Program-made: the position numbers and the translations under genes | Shown: one piece after another, positions 26,855 through 34,319 of the stretch | How positions within the stretch are numbered: the first letter of the stretch is position 1 | How the letters are laid out: each line of letters begins with the position of its first letter | Notes under the pieces: model-generated | Database searches by the model: none | What the model was told of the DNA's origin: nothing | What the model saw: the letters and a program-made list of their open reading frames with translations, nothing else | Assembly (NCBI GenBank): GCA_964435925.1 | Contig: CAYTBG010000004.1 | Coordinates: forward strand, 1,792-56,031 | Length of the DNA: 54,240 nucleotides | Direction: 5' to 3' | Source: an uncultured Eubacteriales bacterium | GTDB lineage: Bacteria; Acidobacteriota; Aminicenantia; Aminicenantales; Aminicenantaceae

Positions 26855-28084
26855 ATGATGGACAAGAAAATATTAATAATAGGGGCAAGAGATTTTCCCA
26901 AAGTTGATTGTTTTCGCTGGGACGAGGAAAACCTTCCCAATATTGCTGATTATGACATAGTAATTTTGAATGTGGTTTCATTATTAAATTACAAAGCCAG
27001 AGCCAGCACTCAACCAAAAGTTAAAAATGGTTTAGAAATATTATTAAATTCTGGGGGATGTTTAATAGCAATTGGTTGTCCACTAAAAGATGTGGAGGTT
27101 CGGACTTTTCCGTTTGGGGATAAGGATATTGGTTCTCAAAGCAATTATGCGTGGTGCCCTTTTCAAATAGGGATAAAAAATGAATCTGGAGATACTGTTG
27201 AGTTTCAGGATGACACTTTTAAAGAATATTTTAAATATGTAAAGAAGTGGACATATTTTTTTGATTTGCGAGACAGCAATCTTTCAATAGATAACTCGGT
27301 GAATAATAGATATGGAAAGCTGCTTGCTGGAACAATCGTAAGGATTACTTCCAAAGGGAGAACTGGAGAGCTAGTTTTTTTACCTTGCCCAACTGAAATT
27401 TCAGACATTGAAGCAGTAAATTTTATTCTTGAAAAATTCTTCAGAGTTTATCAAAAAACTCCTCCACCTGATTGGACAAAATTAGTTGAAGTACCAGGTT
27501 TAAAAACTGTTCAAAAAAACATAGAAACAAATCTCCAAAAGATTAAACAATTATCTAAAAAAAATGAAAAATTTAGGGAAACAGAATCTGAATTAATTAG
27601 CTATAGAGAATTGCTTTATGAAACGGGGACTGCACTTGAATGGGTTGTGAGAAAGGTTTTTACAAAACTTGGATTTAAACCAAAACCACCTGTTTATAAA
27701 GAAGAATATATAATTGAGTACGATAAAAAAGTAGGGATTATTGAATGTAAGGGAAACGAAAAAAGCATAAAAAGAGATGATTTTCGACAGTTGTTTGAAC
27801 AAACAAAGGAATATGAGTTAGTTGGCAAAGTTGAACATAAAGGTATCTTAATTGGGAATGCTTGGAGATTAAAGCCGCTTGAAGAAAGAGACAAGAGCGG
27901 TACTCCTATATTCCCAAAAGGCAAAGATGGAGTCACTGATATTGCCGCAAGACATGATATAGCTCTTGTATAAACAACAGATTTATTCAAAACATTTTGC
28001 AAATTTTTAGAAGGGAGAATAGAAGCTAACGGTATTATGAAAAAAATTTTTAGTGCAAAAGGGACAGTAAATTTTTACAAGTAA
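26855..28084 (+). pseudogene. Hypothetical protein with C-terminal PD-(D/E)xK-like segment, in-frame TAA at 27971
   Basis: GIIECKG motif. After DIALV* the same frame continues TTDLFKTFCKFLEGRIEANGIMKKIFSAKGTVNFYK* to 28084. Confidence 0.6.
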
Positions 28085-28137
28085 TTTTATCTGAATATTA
28101 CTTGAAAATTCAAATAGCTATTATAAAGAAAAAGTGA

Positions 28138-28626
28138 ATGCAAATTACTAATATGGAAAGTTTGAATTTAGCTCTTGAAACGGTAAAAAATAAGCACGAA
28201 TCAACTATTGCAAATATACGTAGTCTTGATATTAAATCTTCTATTATTTTAGCTCTCTTTGGAGTGTTGCTAATACCGTCACTAGAAATTCTTCAATGGA
28301 CAGTTAGAATAAATTCTCAATATTTCTTGAAGTTGATTCCTATTTGTATAACATCAGCAGGGATTATTTTTTGTTTATTAACTATAGTGCCCCATAAGTA
28401 TAAAACAACTCCAAGTTTGTCTTCTTTAAAGAATGCCTTAGAAAATAATATGGATGTGAATTTAATTAAAGCTCAATTATACTCAAATATATCTAGAGCA
28501 ATTATTTTCAATAGAAAGATAGCAAAGAGGAAAGCAATTTTTAATGTTGTTTCTTCTTGGCTATCATTAATTGTCTTTTTATTAATAATTACATTATTTT
28601 TGCTGAAAGGAGTCATTGATGGTTGA
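28138..28626 (+). CDS. Membrane protein, Pycsar-effector/DUF5706-like pattern
   Basis: IRSLDIKSSIILALFG, three hydrophobic segments, NRKIAKRK before the last TM; family call tentative. Confidence 0.55.
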   Translation: MQITNMESLNLALETVKNKHESTIANIRSLDIKSSIILALFGVLLIPSLEILQWTVRINSQYFLKLIPICITSAGIIFCLLTIVPHKYKTTPSLSSLKNALENNMDVNLIKAQLYSNISRAIIFNRKIAKRKAIFNVVSSWLSLIVFLLIITLFLLKGVIDG

Positions 28627-28771
28627 AGAAAATGAAACAAAACCTAAGGATGAGCAAGAATCAGAGCCTGAGAAACCTATCATAATTCCAGAACCAAATG
28701 ATGATTGGGATGACTTTCTAACGGAAGAAGCTCCACCACCAAAGGAGAAGAAAAAGAAGAAAAGAAGTTAA
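28619..28771 (+). CDS. Small acidic/Pro-rich protein with Lys tail (50 aa)
   Basis: MVEENETKPKDEQESEPEKPIIIPEPNDDWDDFLTEEAPPPKEKKKKKRS*; overlaps the upstream stop by 8 nt; GGAG upstream. Confidence 0.6.
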   Translation: MVEENETKPKDEQESEPEKPIIIPEPNDDWDDFLTEEAPPPKEKKKKKRS

Positions 28772-28859
28772 TTCAGTAGGAAGCTAAAGAACTCAGCGCT
28801 GGAGTTACTCACAAAAAAGATTGAAGGGTGTACTTCATAGCTTTTAAATAAATTAAAAT

Positions 28860-29300
28860 TTGATGACGGTGGGGATTGAAATGGAGATTATCGGGAAAAA
28901 AATTATTAAGAACGCTTTACAAGAAATTAAATTAGATATTCAGAAAGCTAGAGAAAATGCAAAAATTCCATTTGTTAAGGCAGGAATAGACGGTACAAAT
29001 TTTAGTGAGGGAAAAATACAAGGAATAAAAGAAGCAGAAAACATAATAAAAAGAGGTCTGGATAAGATAGAAACTCAAACATGCCATCTTTTTTTTAGCA
29101 GAGCTGATTTTAAACCAGAAGGAATAGAACATCTTTGGAGAAACCTTGCTATTGAAGAGGATAAGAAGAACTACTTTGAAAAAATATGTCTAAATATTGT
29201 TGGGGTGAAAGTTTATCTTAAATTTCCTGAGAAGGAAGAAATGTTAGTCTGCATCACTTCAGAAGATGGAAGTTTGAAAGTTATTGGGATTGTTGATTAA
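28860..29300 (+). CDS. Hypothetical protein
   Basis: 146 aa ORF, no recognised motif. Confidence 0.6.
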   Translation: MMTVGIEMEIIGKKIIKNALQEIKLDIQKARENAKIPFVKAGIDGTNFSEGKIQGIKEAENIIKRGLDKIETQTCHLFFSRADFKPEGIEHLWRNLAIEEDKKNYFEKICLNIVGVKVYLKFPEKEEMLVCITSEDGSLKVIGIVD

Positions 29301-29382
29301 GAATAGATCATGTTTATCTTATAAATTTTGGATTAAATAAGACAGATACGAAAAAAATAGAAAATAATATTGTGAGCCAAGC

Positions 29383-29440
29383 GGAAGCCAAAAACCTTAG
29401 AACCTTGGCATTCCTAGATTGACAAAAGACGCTGAGCGAG
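29383..29440 (+). repeat. Intergenic repeat R1 (58 bp)
   Basis: GGAAGCCAAAAACCTTAGAACCTTGGCATTCCTAGATTGACAAAAGACGCTGAGCGAG; 49/58 identical to R2. Confidence 0.9.
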
Positions 29441-29502
29441 ATCAGGTCCTCATAGCTAAAGAGGAGTAAGGAAAAAAGTGAATTTTTAAGTAAAGGGTAA
29501 AA

Positions 29503-29685
29503 ATGAATTTTGAAGAGAAGCTGAAGTCTCAGAGAATAATAATTGCTATTGCTTTGATATTGATGTCCTTGATTTCATTTAATTTCGCGATACAAAGTAC
29601 TCTCACAATTATTTCTTTTATTATAGGTCTTGCTTTTTTAGGGATGGCGTTTTTTCTCTTGTTTGGATTAAAGAAGAAACGTTGA
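29503..29685 (+). CDS. Small 2-TM hypothetical protein (60 aa)
   Basis: Two hydrophobic helices, basic termini; lies between R1 and R2. Confidence 0.7.
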   Translation: MNFEEKLKSQRIIIAIALILMSLISFNFAIQSTLTIISFIIGLAFLGMAFFLLFGLKKKR

Positions 29686-29692
29686 GGCGATT

Positions 29693-29757
29693 GGAAGCCA
29701 AAAACCCTAAAGCCTTGGCTTCCCTGGATTGAAAAAGGACGCTGAACGAGTTAGAAT
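29693..29757 (+). repeat. Intergenic repeat R2 (hairpin + sigma-70 promoter)
   Basis: GGAAGCCAA...TTGGCTTCC 9 bp stem; TTGAAA(29729)-N17-TAGAAT(29752). Confidence 0.9.
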
Positions 29758-29776
29758 TCTTATAAGTGGGGGCGAA

Positions 29777-30901
29777 ATGAAAAGCAAAACTAAGGTCATT
29801 TCAATCGTTTTGTTTCTTTCACTCTTCATAATGCTTACTTCCTGTCAGAAACAAAATTCTGAATGGAAAGGGACAATAGAGGAAGAAGATGGAGTCATAG
29901 TCGTTAAGAATCCGAAAGAGCCGATGTATAGTGAAGATGTCTGTAGTATAAAAGAGGAACTATCCATTGGGGAAGCAGATGGGAGAGAAGAATATATGTT
30001 TTCTCAAATAATTGATGTGGGAATTGATGATGAGGAGAATATATATATTCTTGATTTTTTAGAAGCCCATATTAAGGTATTTAACAAAAGCGGTGAACAC
30101 TTAAGAACTATAGGAAGAAGAGGTCAGGGTCCTGGGGAAATACAACGAGCAGTAAACATATATATCACGCCTTCGAATGAAATCCTTATCAATGACCGAG
30201 GTGCTCGATATTTTCATTTCTTTACATTAGGCGAGGAATATATAAGGTCAGTATATCAAAGCAGATTATCTCGTCCACGGGTTGATACACAAAATAACAT
30301 AGTTGCGAGGTCTACTATTATGGATAGGGCTGAAGTCCGTTTTGTTTTAAAAAAATTTGATTCTGAACTAAATGAGCTATATACAATTTTTTCTTACAGA
30401 AGTGAAATCACTCCTAAAATTTATAATGTTTATCCTGCACAGTGTTTTTGGGATGTTAGACGTGATGATAGCATAGTTTGGGGATATGCTGATAAATATG
30501 AGTTTCATATCCTTGACAGGAGCGGACAAGTTATTCGAAAGATAATCAAAGATTATGAACCTGTAGAAATAACAGAAGAAGAAAAACAGAATTGGGTTAA
30601 GAATATTTTTGGAGATAACGGTGTTCCTCCAGACGTAAAGGTGAACTGGGATAAATATCATAATGCATTCCAGTTTTTGAACATTGATGATGTAGGGAGA
30701 ATTTTCGTTCATACATATGAAAAGACAACTGAGGGAGGGAGTTATTATTATGATGTCTTTAATTCGGAAGGAAAATACATAACAAAAGTTCCCCTTAAAA
30801 CCAGACCTCAGGTTTTCAAAAAGAGCAGGCTTTACACCATAGAAGAAGACGAGGAAGGATTTCAATTTGTTAAAAAATATAAAATAACTTGGAAATATTA
30901 A
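29777..30901 (+). CDS. 6-bladed beta-propeller-type lipoprotein
   Basis: Lipobox LTSC, GRRGQGPGEI, IYILDFLEAHIKVF, YYDVFNSEGKYI; start reassigned to ATG 29777. Confidence 0.8.
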   Translation: MKSKTKVISIVLFLSLFIMLTSCQKQNSEWKGTIEEEDGVIVVKNPKEPMYSEDVCSIKEELSIGEADGREEYMFSQIIDVGIDDEENIYILDFLEAHIKVFNKSGEHLRTIGRRGQGPGEIQRAVNIYITPSNEILINDRGARYFHFFTLGEEYIRSVYQSRLSRPRVDTQNNIVARSTIMDRAEVRFVLKKFDSELNELYTIFSYRSEITPKIYNVYPAQCFWDVRRDDSIVWGYADKYEFHILDRSGQVIRKIIKDYEPVEITEEEKQNWVKNIFGDNGVPPDVKVNWDKYHNAFQFLNIDDVGRIFVHTYEKTTEGGSYYYDVFNSEGKYITKVPLKTRPQVFKKSRLYTIEEDEEGFQFVKKYKITWKY

Positions 30902-30907
30902 CGGATT

Positions 30908-30960
30908 AGAAGCCAAATCCCCTAAAGCCCTAGCATCCCGATTCTGAAAAAGCCAGCTCT
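30908..30960 (+). repeat. Intergenic repeat R3 (diverged)
   Basis: AGAAGCCAAATCCCCTAAAGCCCTAGCATCCCGATTCTGAAAAAGCC, directly after the propeller stop. Confidence 0.75.
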
Positions 30961-31045
30961 TGAATTTTATGTTTAACCAATGAAGCCTAGCCTCATATCT
31001 CAATAATCAATCCTCCCAGCTTCCCCTATCCCCAGGCGTAAGATT

Positions 31046-31126
31046 GCGTCGCATTACTATTATTATGTCGACCCGTAAGCTCTAGGTTATTGATTATCAA
31101 GAAATCAGAAAAATAAAGACATTTAA
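31046..31126 (+). other. dif-like (11-6-11) site plus conserved AT-rich flank, copy D1
   Basis: GCGTCGCATTA-CTATTA-TTATGTCGACC versus E. coli dif GGTGCGCATAA-TGTATA-TTATGTTAAAT. Confidence 0.55.
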
Positions 31127-31363
31127 AAACAAGGAAATTAGCATAGTGAGGTCAAGATTTGATATTTATTGAAGTAGCAAAAGTTTGAATGTTCATGAAA
31201 AATGAACAATGCGAATTATTGAACATTATACTTTCTAAGGATATTTAATTCTTAAAGATTATGGCAAATATTCAAAAAATATTGACATTTGTACATTATT
31301 TTGTTATGTTCACAAATATTGTACAACTAACATAATTGTACATACAGAGGAGTGTGATTATCA

Positions 31364-32404
31364 ATGAACATGAAAATTATAGAGAAGGAGATTTTGAATG
31401 GAGCGCTACAAAAGTTTCGTGAAAATACAAGACTTGCTGTTGAGATAGTTGAGATTGAGGGGAAGGCAGTTAATGCAGGCCACATTCATGACGCAATAAT
31501 CAAAATTAAATGGAAAGATTTGGATTACTTTTTTGCGGTTGAAGTTAAAAACATTATCGCGCGGGCGACACTTGGAGGAGCTATACAGAAGTTTCATTTA
31601 TTTAAGGAAAAAGGGATGCTCGTTGCAAGGTATATTACTCCTCAAATGGCAGACGAGCTAAAAAAAATGGACATTCCTTTCATCGATGTCACTGGAAATG
31701 CATATATAAATGAACCACCTTTGCTGATATTTATAAAAGGGAATAAGCCTACTGATAAATATCACTTAGAACAGCCAGCGCGCACTTTTCGACCGGCAGG
31801 ACTACAAGTTATTTTTGCACTTTTGTGTAATCCAGGACTGGAAACTGCTCCTTTAAGAGAAATAGCTAATAAAGCAACTGTTGCCTTAGGAACAGTCGGC
31901 TGGGTAATGTATGATCTAAGGAGAACGAATTATCTGATAGAGCTACATCCACGAAATCGACGATTGATTCGCAAAGAAAATTTGTTGAATAGATGGGCTG
32001 CTGCATATCCTGAGCAATTGCGACGGAAAAAGACGTTAGGTCGCTTTCGTGCAGATAAGCAGGATTGGCAGAAATATGCCCAACTAAAAGATATTAAAGG
32101 TCTGTGGGGTGGCGAATTTGCTGCAAATATATTGACAAAATATCTGAAGCCACAAATTTATACGATTTATGCAAAACTCCCTATTGGTAGGTTTCTGCTG
32201 AGAAACAAGCTTAAGAAGGACATCAATGGAGATATAGAAATTCTCAATATATTTTGGGAGTTTGGACCTAAACGGCTAAATAAGGGATTAGTGCCTCCCC
32301 TCTTGATTTACGCGGACCTTCTTGCAACGGGTGATGCCCGAAATATTGAAACTGCGAGGATTATTTATGAAAGGGAGCTTACTGGACATATCGGGGAAGA
32401 TTGA
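31364..32404 (+). CDS. Type IV TA antitoxin, AbiEi-like
   Basis: IPFIDVTGNAYI, LREIANKATVALGTV HTH, VPPLLIYADLL..GDARNIETA. Confidence 0.85.
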   Translation: MNMKIIEKEILNGALQKFRENTRLAVEIVEIEGKAVNAGHIHDAIIKIKWKDLDYFFAVEVKNIIARATLGGAIQKFHLFKEKGMLVARYITPQMADELKKMDIPFIDVTGNAYINEPPLLIFIKGNKPTDKYHLEQPARTFRPAGLQVIFALLCNPGLETAPLREIANKATVALGTVGWVMYDLRRTNYLIELHPRNRRLIRKENLLNRWAAAYPEQLRRKKTLGRFRADKQDWQKYAQLKDIKGLWGGEFAANILTKYLKPQIYTIYAKLPIGRFLLRNKLKKDINGDIEILNIFWEFGPKRLNKGLVPPLLIYADLLATGDARNIETARIIYERELTGHIGED

Positions 32405-33230
32405 TAGAGTAAGACTGCTAGCTTTGGAGAAAGTTACCAAGATAGCAGAATCTCTAGGCATCCCAATCTTTATGATAGGTGCTGCAGCTAGGGATTTGAT
32501 ACTCACGAATGGCCATAACATACCTACTATCAGAGCTACCCTTGATATTGATTTTGGCGTCCAAGTTCCGAGTTGGGATGAATATTTGAAACTTAAACAA
32601 GGCTTAGTTAAGACGGGTGAATTTACTGAAGCTGATGATGTCCAAAGGTTGATGTTTCAAAACAGTCTAAGAATAGATTTAATTCCATTCGGACCGATTG
32701 CAGATAAAACTCATACTATTAAATGGCCGCCCGATCAGGAGATAATGATGAGTATTCTTGGCTTCGAGGAAGCGTTCCGTCATTCACAAACTATTAGACT
32801 AAGTTCAAATCCTAACCTTGATATAAAAATAGTAACACTAGCTGGATTAGCGGCTATGAAAATAATCTCTTGGAAAGATAGATACCCAGAACGCGATAGA
32901 GATGCAATCGATCTAGCATTAATTATTCGAAATTATACAGAGGCAGGAAATTTTGAGCGCATTTTTAATGAAGCATCAGACTTAGCAGACTCTGAAGATT
33001 TTGATTCTGTAACTGTTGGAGCGAGATTATTGGGTCGAGATATTGCTGTGGTTCTTTCAACTGATGCCATGGCCGTAGTTTTGGAAATATTGAATAATGA
33101 AACAGGAAAACAAGATCGTTATAGACTTATAGAAGATATGATGCGGAGTGATGTATTGATTAGCGATGATTTTGAAGATGTGCTCAGGTGGCTTGAGGAA
33201 GTGAAAACAGGAATCTTAGAGGGGATTTAA
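32367..33230 (+). CDS. Type IV TA toxin, AbiEii-like nucleotidyltransferase
   Basis: MIGAAARD, RATLDIDFG, IDLIPFG, MKIISW.DR..RDRDAIDL; start reassigned to ATG 32367. Confidence 0.85.
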   Translation: MKGSLLDISGKIDRVRLLALEKVTKIAESLGIPIFMIGAAARDLILTNGHNIPTIRATLDIDFGVQVPSWDEYLKLKQGLVKTGEFTEADDVQRLMFQNSLRIDLIPFGPIADKTHTIKWPPDQEIMMSILGFEEAFRHSQTIRLSSNPNLDIKIVTLAGLAAMKIISWKDRYPERDRDAIDLALIIRNYTEAGNFERIFNEASDLADSEDFDSVTVGARLLGRDIAVVLSTDAMAVVLEILNNETGKQDRYRLIEDMMRSDVLISDDFEDVLRWLEEVKTGILEGI

Positions 33231-33313
33231 GTGGAACTAATGAATAATGAATCTTTTGAGATGATGGAATTTTTAATGCAAAATGCGCATATCTAACGTA
33301 ATTCATAAAATCT

Positions 33314-33389
33314 GCGTCGCCTAACTTCATGTAAACTCATAAACTCTGTGCTGTAGATATCAGTAAATAAGAAGAATAACGACATTTAA
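33314..33389 (+). other. Degenerate dif-like site plus flank, copy D2
   Basis: GCGTCGCCTAA-CT-TCATGTAAACT (spacer shortened); the next ~52 nt match the D1 flank at about 40/53. Confidence 0.5.
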
Positions 33390-33567
33390 GAGCCCATCCC
33401 ATAGATAATTATATGAAAGCGGGGGGCTGTCTTGATACTTCCGCAATTTTTCCGTGGAAAAAGGATTCTCTGCTTCTTGGGCTTTATTTTACTGACGGGC
33501 CACCCCATAAACAACTTGACATTTTTTTATCTGGATGATATACATGTATTACGTTTAGGAGGAAAAA

Positions 33568-33786
33568 ATGCTTGCCATAAGGCTTCCAGACGAGATTGAA
33601 AAACGTCTTGAGAAATTAGCAAAAAAAACCGGGCGAACAAAAAGTTATTATGTTCGTCAGGCAATCCTTGAATATCTGGAAGACATGGAGGATTATTATC
33701 TTGCTGAGGAGCGGTTGAAATCCTTTAATGAGGCTAAAACTATTCCTCTTGAAGAAATAATGAAGCGATATGGCCTGGAAGATTGA
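33568..33786 (+). CDS. Type II antitoxin, RHH (RelB/CopG-like)
   Basis: MLAIRLPDEIEKRLEKLAKKTGRTKSYYVRQAI, EDMEDYYLA; GGAGG RBS. Confidence 0.9.
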   Translation: MLAIRLPDEIEKRLEKLAKKTGRTKSYYVRQAILEYLEDMEDYYLAEERLKSFNEAKTIPLEEIMKRYGLED

Positions 33787-34039
33787 ATTTTTGCCTGAAG
33801 CAGAAAAAGATCTGAGGGAAATAGACCCTCCAGTTGTCCAACGTATTTTAAGGTTCTTGTATGAAAGAGTAAGACTTCTGGAAGATCCGCGAAAGATCGG
33901 AGAAGCTTTGAAAGGCCCTAAACTTGGAAAATATTGGAAGTACAGGGTTGGCGATTATCGGATAATCTGCCAGATAAGAGAGACAGAGATAACCATTCTT
34001 GTGGTGAGAGTAGGACAACGAAAAAATGTCTATCGTTGA
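33770..34039 (+). CDS. RelE/ParE family toxin
   Basis: WKIEFLPEAEKDL, WKYRVGDYRIIC, VVRVGQRKNVYR. Confidence 0.92.
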   Translation: MAWKIEFLPEAEKDLREIDPPVVQRILRFLYERVRLLEDPRKIGEALKGPKLGKYWKYRVGDYRIICQIRETEITILVVRVGQRKNVYR

Positions 34040-34061
34040 TTCACAGACCAGTCAAAAATTT

Positions 34062-34178
34062 TCCTATAGGGGAGAGGCTCGTAAAATACTCACTCATAAC
34101 GAAGCGCAGGTAGATGCAGAGACCGGAGAGGTTATCCAAAAAAAGAAGTCTTGGTGGGCATTCTTGGTATCAGAGTAA
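34062..34178 (+). pseudogene. Orphan C-terminal gene fragment (PepSY-like VDAETGEV...WWAFL)
   Basis: SYRGEARKILTHNEAQVDAETGEVIQKKKSWWAFLVSE*; no start codon. Confidence 0.5.
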
Positions 34179-34319
34179 CCACAATATTTAAAAAACAAGT
34201 GCAACCAGGCAGTTTTGGTCTATTTTGTCATGTTTTCGTCCCTGATACGTCCCCAGAATTAAAATGGATTCTCTTCATAAGTGCCAGTTCTTTTCAGTAT
34301 AAGGAGTCTTATTCTATTT

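Noticed and set aside
27971-27973. Selenocysteine/pyrrolysine readthrough
   Set aside because: The codon is TAA, not TGA or TAG
28779-28830. Possible fourth repeat copy R0 (GGAAGCTAAAGAAC...) just after the acidic peptide stop
   Set aside because: Only about 10 nt of similarity and no stem; position is suggestive but not supportable
30377-31003. 208 aa minus-strand ORF as a full gene
   Set aside because: Beyond the first ~34 codons it is antisense to the lipoprotein; only the 5' part is discussed as a finding
33281-33310. AAATGCGCATAT as another XerC arm
   Set aside because: No matching XerD arm at the correct spacing
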